The notes under the pieces were generated by a model. That model was not told where the DNA came from and made no database searches. It worked only from the letters and a program-made list of their open reading frames with translations. The position numbers were made by a program, and so were the translations under genes. Positions 45,835 through 57,595 of a stretch of DNA of 64,000 nucleotides are shown piece by piece. Location: positions 104,472,001 to 104,536,000 of the forward strand of contig CM059431.1 of the NCBI GenBank assembly GCA_030390025.1, read 5' to 3'. Every line of letters starts with the position of its first letter. Position 1 is the first letter of the stretch. The stretch is from Squalus acanthias. Taxonomy: Eukaryota.

Positions 45835-46857
45835 CTTCAACAGCACCTCCCAATCCCACGACCTCTACTATCTAGAAGGGCAAGGGCAGCAGGCGCATGG
45901 GAACACCACCACCTCCAAGTTCCCCTCCAAGTCACACACCATCCTGACTTGGAAATATATCGGCCATTCCTTCATTGTCGCTGGGTCAAAATCTTGGAAC
46001 TCCCTCCCTGTGGGAGTACCTTCATAGAAGCATAGAAGCATAGAAGATAGGAGCAGGAGTAGGCCAATTGGCCCCTCGAGCCTGCTCCGCCATTTAATGA
46101 GATCATGGCTGATCATCCAAATTCAGTACCCTGTCCCTGCTTTCTCCCCATATCCCTTGATCCCTTTAGCCTTAAGAAATATATCTAACTCCTTCTTGAA
46201 TATATTTAATGAATTGGCCTCAACTGCCTTCTGTGGTAGAGAATTCCACAGGTTCACCACTCTCTGGGTGAAGAAATTCCTCCTCATCTCAGTCGTAAAT
46301 GGCTTACCCCTTACCCTTAGACTGTGACCTCTGGTTCTGGACTCCCCTGCCATCGGGAACATCCTTCCTGCATCTAGTCTGTATAGCTCTGTTAGAATTT
46401 TATAAGTTTCAATGAGATCCCCTCTCATTCTTCTAAACTCTAGCGAATATAAGCCTAATCGACCCAATCTCTCTTCATACGTCATTCCTGCCATCCCAGG
46501 TATCAGTCTGGTAAATCTTCGCTGCACTCCCTCCATGGCAAGAACATCCTTCCTCAGATAAGACGACCAAAACTGCACACAATACTCAAGGTGTGGTCTC
46601 ACCAAGGCCTTGTACAACTGCAGCAAGACATCCTTGCTCCTGTACTCGAATTCTCTCGCTATGAAGGCCAACATACCATTTGCCTTCTTAACCGCCTGCT
46701 GGCTGCACCTGCATGTTTCCCTTCAGCGACTTCACCACACGGACTGCAGTGGTTCAAGAAGGCGGCTCACCACCACCTTCTCAAGGGCGATAGGAATGGG
46801 CAATAAATGCCGGCCTTGCCAGCGACGCCCACATTCCCTGAATGAATGAAAAGAAAA
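45835..46857 (+). mobile_element. CR1-B 3' end split by CR1
   Basis: FPSKSHTILTWKYIGHSFIVAGSKSWNSLP peptide. Resumes CTTCACCACACGGACTGCAG at about 46730. CTTCA is duplicated. Confidence 0.85.
46024..46715 (-). mobile_element. CR1 LINE 3' fragment, reading frame intact
   Basis: 183-aa open C-terminus (LLQLYKALVRPHLEYCVQFWS...RRNFFTQRVVNLWNSLP). (CTTCTATG)n tail. Confidence 0.94.
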
Positions 46858-47795
46858 ATTTGGTGGTCCATTGCAGTACCCAGATATCTATGCTTCAACA
46901 TTGCTAATGGCTTCAACTATATAATTGGTATCTTCAACAGATACCAAGTGCAAAGGTTGGCTGTATCACTCGGTGAATTGGAAAGGTCTCTGAACTAATC
47001 TGCAACCTCAGACTGACCTCCCATTTTCCAGTTAAAAACTGCAATACTTCATTTAGGTTCAGGCCAAGTATGTCATATTTGACGTGGTAGGTTCTATCCG
47101 ACAACAACAACTTGCATTTATACAGCACCTTTAACAGAGAAAAACAACCCAAGCGATTAAACATAGGCATTGGCTTTGGGTTAATGTGTGCTGCATCATT
47201 CGACAAATATCAGAAATTGTTCTCCAAACAGAGAAGATCAGGCAGACGAAAGGGGAAGGAATGATCATTTCCACCCCAGTGTGGTAAGCACTGGGCTGGA
47301 AATTCCTAAACCACTGCTGGTATATAGTTGCCGTTATCTGAGAGAATCGCGGGGGAATATGAGGCGGGTCCTTGTTCTGCTGAGCCTCCCCTGCTCTTCT
47401 TCGAAATAGTGCCATGCAATCTTTTGAGTCCACCTGAGAGGGCAGATGGGGCCTTGGTGTTACGTCACATCTGAATGACGGCACCTCCGACAGTGCAGCG
47501 CTGATCACGACCATCATCGTGATGGAACGATGTTATCCCACACAAATCCCACTGGTTCCAGCTCCTTCGCCCATCCAGATGTTCTTTGCTTGCCAGGATG
47601 AGATGCTGGCAGACGTGGGTCTCACACTGTCAGTTTCTGAATAGAAAGCAGCATAATATCACTTGGCTCACGTTTAAAACGTAATGGCACCTTCTGCCAG
47701 ATTGGCTGGTTTCCCCACCCCTATCTGTATGAATTCCTTGAGGATTTGAGTTTGGCCCCATTCTCAGTCTTTAGTGCATCTTCACAAATAACCTT

Positions 47796-48639
47796 GGGGG
47801 GAATTTTCCCAGCCCTGAGGAGGTGGGTTTGGAGGCGGGACTGCCGGGAAAATGGCAGAAACTGGGAGCGGGTACCGAACCCGTTCCCAACCCACCTCCG
47901 TGTCATCTTCCCGGGAGGTGGGTCCCCGAGTCGCGCATGGACCCGTCTCCTCGAGGCAGGAAGGGGATTAGAGCCAATTAAATGCCTGTTAACAGTAGTT
48001 AACAGGCAGTTTTGAGGCTTTTCCCTATTTTGAGCCTTCTGCTGCGGGCTTCCAGACGGCTGCGAACCTCGCCAGGGTCAGCAAGGCAAGCAGTGGGTCT
48101 GCGGGGGTGAAAGGGGTCAAAATGTCAGCTGTAGAGGTCAGTGATGGGTGCAAGTGTGGAGAGGTAATTATGAGAGGTGAGTGTAAACTGTTAGAAAAAG
48201 TTTCCTTACCTTTGCTTCTTTCTGCAGGCTTCAACCCTTGGGGATCCGGAGGTGCCTCAATACAACGGCAGAGATGACAGAATGGCTGCTGCATTCTCAG
48301 ATGCAGCAGCCATCTGCTTTCTGCTGAGGAGAGAAGTCTTGGTGAGCCTTTGTGCAAGGGCTCACCTTAGAACAGAGATTGTCAGTGTCTGATAGCTTCT
48401 CAAAGCAGTCAAATGCTGACAATTCATCTGTCAAAAAATTTTCAACAGATGAAGCGTCATACGCTGACGTCATCTGTCACTGGCTTTCCCTTACTTGGCC
48501 GGTAAGCCCACAGGGCAGACCTAACAAGGTCAATCAAGGGAAAATAGCGTGCGTTCGTCAGACATCGCTGAGGGCGGGACTAGAACCCGGAAGACAGCAG
48601 TCCCGCCCCCAACTCGTCTTGGCTGAAAAAATCCAGCCC
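47796..48639. mobile_element. Non-autonomous PIF/Harbinger element
   Basis: Ends GGGGGGAATTTT / AAAATCCAGCCC with CTT/CTG flanks. The right end is homologous to the left end of 20780-21817. Confidence 0.72.
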
Positions 48640-48862
48640 CTGGTGCTTGTAATCAAAAGTGACATCGTTCTCTTTGTTAATAGAGCATTCCTGGCTATAG
48701 AATAGTTAACTAAGCACCTGAAAGACAAATAACGGCTGAACCGATGCAAACAGAAGAAGATAAATGGGACAGTAAGCAGAGATCTTCAGTGCTGAGCAGG
48801 GCCAATGAATGACTGTTGAGGAAGATTGATCTTGATGTTGCCCACCTTGTCTCTGCTCTATA

Positions 48863-49029
48863 GGCCCGAATTTCCATACTCACACTGCCAGGGGGACGCC
48901 TCACCCGCCACACGCACATATTGGGACATCCCATGACTATGCGTCCATGAAGAAAAGTGCCGCCTGTGATTTTCTGATATGGCTAGGCTGGCAGGCCAGG
49001 CTCGCAGCCTGAATTCAGAATTTTGTCCC
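48863..49029. mobile_element. Short degenerate Harbinger-like MITE
   Basis: GGCCCGAATTTC / GAATTTTGTCCC ends with ATA/TTA flanks. Confidence 0.4.
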
Positions 49030-49038
49030 TTATGGGAA

Positions 49039-49770
49039 TTGCCCCATGACATTCAACGGTATTACCATCGCCGAATCCCCCACCATCAACATCCTGGGGG
49101 TCAACATTGACCAGAAACTTAACTGGACCAGCCACATAAATACTGTGGCAACAAGAGCAAGGTCAGAGGCTAGGTATTCTGTGGTGAGTGTCTCACCTCC
49201 TGACTCCCCAAAGCCTTTCCACCATCTACAAGACACAAGTCAGGAGTGTGATGGAATACTCTCCACTTGCCTGGATGAGTGCAGCTCCAACAACACTCAA
49301 GAAGCTCAACACCATCCAGGACAAAGCAGCCCGCTTGATTGGCACCCCATCCACCACATTAAACATTCGATCCCTCCACCATCAGCGCACCGTGGCTGCA
49401 GTGTGTACCATCTACAAGATGCACTGCAGCAACTTGCCAAGACTTCTTCGGCAGCACCTCCCAAACCCGTGACCTCTTCCCCCTAGAAGGACAAGGGCAG
49501 CAGGCGCATGGGAACACCACCACCTCCAAGTTCCCCTCCAAGTCACACACCATCCTGACTTAGAAGTATATCGTCGATCCTTCATCGTCGCTGGGTCAAA
49601 ATCCTGGAGCTCCCTCCCTAACAGCACTGTGGGAGTACCTTCACCACACGGACTGCAGCGGTTCAAGAAGGCGGCTCACCACCACCTTCTAGAAGGGCAA
49701 TTAGGGATGGGCAATAAATGCTGGGCCTTACCAGCGATGCCCACATCCCATGAACAAATATTTAAAAAAA
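49039..49770 (+). mobile_element. CR1-B LINE 3' fragment
   Basis: TFNGITIAESPTINILGVNIDQKLNWTSHI and YKTQVRSVMEYSPLAWMSAAPTTLKKL peptides. 3' UTR with A tail. Confidence 0.9.
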
Positions 49771-50091
49771 ATGTTCAGTCTTAAACATGCAGCTTATAGT
49801 TGGGTTGTTATTCACATCTGATCCAAGCCTCAGTGATCAAGGTGCATAGATAATTGGAAAAACCGATGGAAAATAGAATCCCCCTAAACAACACAAGCCT
49901 TCTTGTTACTATTGGCGGGATAGGCACTCATTCGAATGAAATAATTCACTCAGTGATTGTATATTGTCGAACGTTTGGCTTGCAGCAGAGAAAACCCATC
50001 CATTGCTGCTAGACTCAGTGCACTACGAGCAACTTGATGAGTTTAGCAACCTAGTCAACATCAAAAGAATCCAGCCAGTAGCACTTTGTTA

Positions 50092-50480
50092 TTATATAGA
50101 ATTAACAGCACAGAAATAGGAAATTCGGCCTATGCCGTTGTTTATGCTCAACATGAGCCTTCTCCCACTCTATGTACCTCATCTCACCCTATCAGCATAT
50201 CCCTCTAATCCTTTCTCCCTCATGTGTTTATCTAGCCTCCCCTTAAATGCATCAACGCTATTGGCCTCAACTAATCCCTGTGGTAGCGAGTTCCACATTC
50301 TCACCGTTCTCTGGGTAAAGAAGTTTCTCCTGAATTCCTTGTTGGATTTAATAGTGACATTCTTATATTTATGGCCCCTAGTTCTGGTCTCCCCCACAAG
50401 TGGAAGCATCTTCTCTACGTCTACCCGATCAAAGCCTCTCATAATTTTAAAGACCTCTATCAGGTCGCCCCTCAGCCTTC
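50092..50480 (-). mobile_element. CR1 LINE 3' fragment
   Basis: MRGFDRVDVEKMLPLVGETRTRGHKYK...RRNFFTQRTVRMWNSLP peptide. Confidence 0.9.
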
Positions 50481-50689
50481 ACTTTATGTGATCCAATGTA
50501 CAGAAAGGCACAGGTCCCAGAAGAACTACATACGAAAGGCTCAGGGTCCAGTAAAAGTGCAAACAAATTATTTTTCTACTTTCCCTGAAAACAAGGCACG
50601 TCAGTAGATCAACATAAATCTTATTTAATTCAATAAAGTTCAATATTTGTTTAATTAGTATTTAATATGATATGGGTTACATAGACATA

Positions 50690-51051
50690 CAGGAAACTCT
50701 TTGGTATCCGGCACCGATGGGACCGGGATGGTGCCGGTTGAATAAAAATTCCGGATAACGGAGAGGTATATCTACCGAGGCTATTTTTAACAAACAAAAA
50801 TAAAAAAATCAAGAAATGTGCAGTATAATTGGGTACTCCCCTACAGAATGTTGTGTTAAATGGATGGTGGAAGATGCTTGATTAAGTACAGTAATGCCAG
50901 TTGAGGGTAATCCATAACTCTTTAATTACTTAACAGTAAAACAGTAAAACAAAACTTATAAACGACTGTATACTGTAGTTTTCGGAGTATGAATTCTGCC
51001 GGTTATTAGAGAATTCCGGATATTTAGGTGCCGTTTAAACGAGAGTTCCTG
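50690..51051. mobile_element. Tc1/mariner-pogo (Tigger-like) MITE
   Basis: TA|CAGGAAACTCT...AGAGTTCCTG|TA with subterminal (T/G)CCGG repeats at both ends. Confidence 0.72.
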
Positions 51052-51061
51052 TAGTTACATA

Positions 51062-51803
51062 GGCCCAGATATTCCGATCCCTACGGGTGGGTACGTGCTG
51101 TGTACCCACCCGTAGGGACATCGGAAATGCCGGTTTCAGGCATGCGCAGCGCAAGCACTGAAACCCGGCATTTCCGATCTGTCAAGAAAGCTCTTGACAG
51201 ATCTTCCGGCTGCCCGGGAGAAGGGCCTCTGCGGGCGGATAGTTCCACTTTTCCGCCCGCAGAAACCCCTTACAATTCTTACGCCTGGTAAAAGCGTAAG
51301 GCCTGCTTTTACCAGGATAAGAGTTGAAACAAAGTTAAAAAAAATGTTTTCATTGATTTATCATTTAAAAATAATTTTTAAAAAGGTAAGTTTATTTTTA
51401 GCCCTGAAAAAAACTTTAATTCTTTTTTTCAAAAAATTAAATTTTTGTTTAAAATATTTAATTTATTGTAATTTCAAGTCATTTTAAAAATGTGATTTAA
51501 AAAAAAAATATTTAAAGTTTTACTATGTTTTTGGGGTGATCTCCATTCATATATTTGACAGGTCTTCCTGTCAAATGTATGAAGGGAGATTCCCTTCTCT
51601 GATTGGCTCCCCATGGCCCACGTGATCCCAGGGACGCTGCGAACTACCTGCGCCTCTGGGATACGTGGGCCCTGCGCACTTGAGGTTTGGAGAGGCCCAG
51701 GAGCGGAAGCGTGTGCGTCCTGAGAGCCCTCAGGTAAGGGCGCAGATTTTTCCAGATCGCAGGCCTCCGCCCACGGGAGGCCTGCGATCGGAAAATACGG
51801 CCC
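51062..51803. mobile_element. Harbinger-like element built from a chain of short hairpins
   Basis: Ends GGCCCAGATATTCCGATC / GATCGGAAAATACGGCCC with ATA/ATT flanks. AT-rich centre. Confidence 0.75.
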
Positions 51804-52199
51804 ATTGAGTCTACAGCACAGAAACTAGAGTGAACTTTTTTAACACTGCTTACTATCCCATTTATCTTCCTCCGTCTGCAATAGGTGTGACAATTAGTTC
51901 TACTACAACAGCCTTAATTTGGTCAATTAAGTCTAAGTTTCCTACAGCTCCAAAGAACTTAATCTGTTGAGACTGACCTGCCAAGCAGATCACGAGCGTG
52001 ATTGAAGAGAATCACACACAGACAAAAGAATTAGAAAAAGAAACCAAAAGCAAGGGGACATTAAAATAATAGTGAATAAAGCAGAGTGGTTGATCAGGAA
52101 AGTCACTGATCGAGCAGCAATAAAAGTTGAAGGAAATAATCTTCCTGAGTTTAGATATGTAGTTGTAGCCAGATTGAGTCGATAGGGGTAATGTCTTGG

Positions 52200-53020
52200 T
52201 CAAAATTCTCATCCTCATTTTCAAATTCCTCCATGGCTGGCCCCTCCCTATCCCTGTAACCTCCACAACCTTTCGAGTTCTCTGCGCTCCTCCAATTCTG
52301 GCCTCTTGCACATACCCAATCTTCAGTGCTCCACCATTGGTGGCCGTGCCTTCAGCTGCCTAGGCCCTAAGCTCTGGAATTCCCTCCCTAAACCTGTCCG
52401 CCTCTCCACCTCTCTCTCCTCCTTTAAGATGCTCCTTAAAATCTACCTCTTTGACCAAGCATTCGGAAAGAAAGAAAGACTTGCATTTATATAGCGCCTT
52501 TCACGACCACCGGATGTCCTAAAGCGCTTTACAGCCAATGAAGTACTTTTTGAAGTGTAGTCACTGTTTTAACGTGGGAAACACGGCAGCCATTTTGTGC
52601 GCAGCAAGCTCCCACAAACAGCAATGTGAAAATGACCAAGTAATCTGTTTTAGTGATGTTGATTGAGGGATAAATATTGGCCAGGACACCAGGGATAACT
52701 CCCCGCTCTTCTTCGAAGTAGTGCCATGGGATCTTTTACATCCACCTGAGAGAGTAGACGGGGCCTCGATTTATCGTCTCATCCAAAAGACGGCACCTCC
52801 GACAGTGCAGTACTCCCTCAGCACTGCACTGGAGTGTCAGCCTAGATTTCTGTGCTCAAGTCTCTGGAGTGGGACTTGAACCCACATTTGGTCACCTGTC
52901 TTAACATTGCCTTATGTGGCTAAGTAAGAGTGAAATTTTGTCTGATAACGCTCCTGTGAAGCGCCTTGGGATGTTCAACTATGTTAAAGGCGCTGTATAA
53001 ATGTAAGGTGTTGTTGTTGT
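52200..53020 (+). mobile_element. L2 3' end split by a SINE
   Basis: STIGGRAFSCLGPKLWNSLP peptide. The 3' UTR resumes TTTGGTCACCTG at about 52887. Confidence 0.85.
52466..52885 (-). mobile_element. SacSINE1-type SINE nested in L2 (head clipped)
   Basis: Tail, Deu core and B box are present. Confidence 0.88.
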
Positions 53021-53024
53021 CGTC

Positions 53025-54113
53025 ATGGGACTGCCCTCGCTTGATTCTACTCTTGCTTCTCCAGCCGTAACCAGAGCAATGGATTCTCTTCTGCCCCTGC
53101 ACCATTGCCTCTGGCGTTCCCCAAGGATCTATCCTTAGCCCCCTACTCTTCCTTATCCACATGCCGCCCCCTGGTGACATTGTTCAATGATACAGCGTCA
53201 GCTTCTACATGCGTGCTAACTTTGCTCAGCTCTACCTCTCCACTGCGTCAGTGCTGCCATATTGCTTGTCCAACATCCAGTCTTGGATGAGCTGCAATTT
53301 GCTACAGATAAATGTTGCAAAGACCGAAGCCATTGCCATCAGCCCCTGTCACAAACTCCCTACCCCTTGCAAATGATTCCAGCCCCGCCCTTGGCCACTG
53401 TCTCAGACCGTTCACAATCTCGGCATCCTATTCTACCGCCAGCTGAACTTCCAATCCCATATATATCTCCATCACAAAGAGAGGCTACTTTCGACCCTCT
53501 GTAACATTGCCCTCCTCCGCTCCTGCTTCAACCCATTTGCAGCTAAAAATCTCATCCATGTCTTTGTCACCACCAGACTCGACTATTCCAACACTCTCCT
53601 GGCCGGCCTCCCATCCTTCATGTTCTGTAAACTTCAGCTCATCAAAAACTCTTCCGACCGTATCCTAACCCACACCAAGTCCGACTCACCCGTCACTCCT
53701 GTCCTTGCTGATCTGCATTGGCTTTCAGTCCACCAGTGCCTCCAATTTAAAATTCTCATCCTTGCCTTTAAATCCCTTCATGGCTTCACCCCCCTCCCTA
53801 TCTCCGCAATCTGTTCCATCCCTACAGCCTTCCCAGAGATCTCCATTCATCTGACTCTGGACTCATGTCTATCGAACTCCTTTGCTCCATCATTGCCGGA
53901 CATGCCTTCATTTTTCTAAGCCTCATGCTCTAGAATTCCCTCCCTTAATCTCCACCTCTCGCCCCTCCTTCAAAATCCTCCTTGAAACCCAACTCTCTGA
54001 CCAAGCTTTCGGTCACCCCTCCTCATATCTCCTTCTTTTGGCGTCCATGTTTGTCTGAATGTGCCTCTGTGAAGCTATCTTGGCTAGTTTTTCTAGTGGA
54101 GTTGTTGTTGTTG
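53025..54113 (+). mobile_element. Older L2 fragment with RT remnants
   Basis: SGVPQGSILSPLLFL at about 53110, then TRLDYSNTLLAG, TPVLADLHWL and the 3' UTR. Confidence 0.83.
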
Positions 54114-54330
54114 TAAAGGGAAGGTGGATTTAAAGCAACCACACGATAAAGGTCTAACAAGAAAGGTCAAGTGCAAAACTACACCAGACGGTAGCACATT
54201 ATCAATCTCACCGCAGTCTAAGAATAAACTGACAAAAAACGGAGTGTGTCACTATTTGTAATTTTCATACAGAGGCAGCTGTTGTAGTTCTTAAGACGTT
54301 AATATCAATACTTCAGAAAGAAAACACTAT

Positions 54331-54516
54331 GGCCTGGAAATTAGTCTCGGGCGATGGTGGAAAACGGACGGTATCGGATCGGCTGCTCGTTATACGCAGC
54401 GTCTGATATTCAGTTCCACGGCAGTCAATGCCGCTGAACATCAGGAGCTGCCTCCAACGGGCAGCCGATCCGATACCGCCAATTTTGTGCCACAGTCCGG
54501 GACGAATTTCTAGCCC
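54331..54516. mobile_element. Palindromic MITE (186 bp)
   Basis: GGCCTGGAAATT / AATTTCTAGCCC ends and an internal CGGTATCGGATCGGCTGC / GCAGCCGATCCGATACCG stem. Confidence 0.72.
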
Positions 54517-55482
54517 TTGAAGAGAAAAGACAACGTCAGACCCGGGCACGAGGTAAATGATCAAATAGAGCTATCTGCACTGTCCAGCAAAACAGACTTC
54601 AAACACGGGAAATATCCATAAGGGGCGACATTTTTTACATTTCGCCTCGTGGCAAGAGGGTTATCGCTTTCATAATCTGTCCATAGATGTACAAATTCTA
54701 TCCACTGTCAACCAGAAGAAGAATGGATTGGTTAATATTTCTAAAGTGATTTTTTTTTTTTTTAGGAAGAATCTCTGAAGAGAAGCAGAACTTGCTACAG
54801 GCACAAAAAAAAACAGCACGCAGAGAGAAACAAAAATTCTAAATATGCTAAGAGCTTTCAATCACTGAATTAAATGTGCAAATACCCACAGCGCTTCCCA
54901 GATCTGCTTGTCACCGTGAAAATTATCTTATCTTCATAATATTTTCATGGAAGAAAGTAACACATTTTTCTGTGTTGCCTCTCGGTTATACATTCACTTT
55001 TGTATCATCTTAGCACTGTTGATCCCAGAGGAATGGCGGAGGGGGTGGGGGGATGGGGGGTTGAAGCAGCTTTTAATCCCAGTCTTTTTCTGATTGCTTC
55101 CATCCTTTCTACCTGACAGCATTCACTTTATAAACTCTTTTGTCATCCAATCAAATAGTCAATCCTTTCACAGCTTATCAGGCAGCTCACAGGAGCCGAG
55201 TGACAGAACTGCAGCACGGGTCAGTCTTCTTGCGAAAGCTTTCAAAGGGGAAGCTGCGAATTTAGCTCTTTAAGTGGGAAGGGTTTCACTGCTGAAATCG
55301 AAAATAAGCATAAAGTCTGCATCATCTCACAGCATGTCACTAACAATGCTGTGCAATTTGTCAGTCCTTCTTAAATGTGATTTATTTCAATGTTCTGACA
55401 CAAGCTTTAGTGTTTGTATTACAGACTGTGTTAGAAATTGTACTAGTCACTCACGCATGACACATTTCATTGGAACGGTCGA

Positions 55483-56982
55483 TAACAACAACAACAACTT
55501 GGGGTAAAAATTCACTTGGTTGCGCCTCCCGTTAGCGCCTTAAGAGGGCGCTAATGGGGCGCAAAGCCGCTAACGCCCGGGCGCAGCGATGTTTGCGCCG
55601 CTCGAGAACTTAACTTGAGATTGTGCGGCGGCGCTAAAACTTACCGCTGCGACCACCTGCGCGCGCAGATTGTGACGTCATTCCATGGTGCAACGCCCTT
55701 GGGGCGCACCGTAGCGGAAATTGAGTGGCGCCCCCTGCCTTACCGCCTGGCGCTTCCAACGACCAGAAGACTGGAACGCTATCAATCGCTGTGGGGCTGG
55801 GGGGGGGGGCGCTATTTAAAGGGGGCCTCTTCCTGTCTTTTATTGTTGGTGGCATTTTTGAACTACGCATTCTGAGAGAGAGAGGGAGAGACTTCTGGAG
55901 AGATTCAACGTTGTGTGAAGGAGTTTTGGGTACTGAGCAGCACTTTGCAGGTTCATTTTGATTTGCCATTCCTTGTATCGATTTAGCAGAGACTGTGGGA
56001 GCTGCACTCTGAGCTCTTTGCCTGGTACTTTCCATTGTTCTTTCCAGCACATTTGATGTGCAAGTCTCTCCAGGCCGAGATTCAAGGCAGCAATGAACAG
56101 GATGTGGATGGAAAGCAAGATTAACCATCCCCTTTAAGAACTGCCCCGTGCCATTGTGTGTGTGTTCCATTGCTGACTGACATTACATGAGCTTCGCCAG
56201 CGCTCCGAGTTAGCGCCTCACTGCTCGGCCTTTGCGCCTTAAGAGAGGTGTGCAGCGCCTGCTTTAGCGCTCCACTCACCTCCCGGGGCGGTAAAAGTGA
56301 AGTTTCCTGTCAGTGCCGATAATTAGCGCCAGGCGCTAATATTTGCGTCCGGACGATATTTGCGCCCCAAATGGGGCGCGACCTAATTTTTACCCTTGTA
56401 TTTATATAGCGCCTTTAACGTAGTAAAATGCCGCAAGGCGCTTCACAGGAGCGATTATCAAACAAAATTTGACACCGAGCCACATAAGGGGAAATTAGGG
56501 CAGGTGAACAAAAACTTGGTCAAAGAGGTAGGTTTTAAGGAGCATCTTAAAGGAGGAAAGAGAGGTAGCGAGGTGGAGAGGTTTAGGGAGGGAATTCCAG
56601 AGCTGAGGGCCCAGGCAACAGAAGGCACGGTCACCAATGGTTGAGCGATTATAATCAGGGATGCTCAAGAGGGCAGAATTAGAGGAGCGCAGATATCTTG
56701 GAGGGTTGTGAGGCTGGAGGAGATTACAGAGATAGGGAGGGGGTCGAGGCCATGGAGGGATTTGAAAACAAGGATGAGAATTTTGAAATTGAGGCGTTGC
56801 TTAACTGGGAGCCAATGTAGGTCAGCGAGCACAGGGGTGATGGGTGAACGGCACTTGGTGTGAGTTAGGACACGGGCAGCAGAGTTTTGGATGACCTCAA
56901 GTTTACGTAGGGTAGAATGTGGGAGGCCATCCAGGAGTGCGTTGGAATAGTCAAGTCTCGAGGTAACAAAGGCATAGATGAT
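55483..56982 (-). mobile_element. L2 3' end split by Harbinger N1
   Basis: (AAC)n tail at 55483. Resumes at 56396. Encodes IYAFVTSRLDYSNALL...SPITPVLADLHWLPV. Confidence 0.87.
55502..56395. mobile_element. Harbinger family N1 (copy 3)
   Basis: TIR GGGTAAAAATT / AATTTTTACCC and exact TSD TTG (55499-501, 56396-98). Colinear with copy 1. Confidence 0.9.
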
Positions 56983-57213
56983 TCTTAAAATATGTCTGGG
57001 CTCTGTTCCCCCTCTCTCCATTTTCCTGCCTTTATTCTCATTTGCCATGTGTTTTGCATTTGGGTATATTATTAGTTTAGATTGCTGCAAATGTTATTGA
57101 TTTATATTAGAAACATAACTTTTGAAGCAATGTAAACAGACAGGGGTACAACTGCCCCAAACAAAAGCTTGTTTCAAACAATTAAAATGCTGGCAACTCC
57201 AGTTGTAAGTGTA

Positions 57214-57341
57214 CAAAAGAAAAATACTGCGGATGCTGGAAATCTGAAATAAAAACAGAAAATGCTGGAAATACTCAGCAGGTCAGGCAGGATCTGAAGA
57301 GAGAGAAACAGAGTTAACGTTTCAGGTCGATGACCCTTCGT
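57214..57341 (-). mobile_element. Penelope-like 3' end truncated inside the hammerhead core
   Basis: Minus strand reads ..ACGA-A-GGGTC-ATC-GACCT-GAAA-CGTT-AACTCTG. Flanks are GTAAGTGT / GTAAGGGT. Confidence 0.75.
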
Positions 57342-57595
57342 AAGGGTTGTTGGTCAGTTGATTGTAGGGATTTTATGCTTGTATCAATATTGGTGTAACT
57401 TTGTATCCATGGTAAAATACAGAAAGTTCCCTAACTGTTTCCTCTGGATTGGAAAAGTTTGTATGGTTTGTAGGCTACGCACTAAAATTGTAGTTGAATG
57501 CAAACATGTTTTGATTCTCTTCAGTCTATTCTAATGTATTACTAGCTAAACTTAATAACAAACACCACAATACTCATGTGAGAAAGATTTCCATT

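Noticed and set aside
43012..46674. Longest ORFs (185 aa and 183 aa) as host genes
   Set aside because: Both are CR1 ORF2 C-termini from 5'-truncated insertions.
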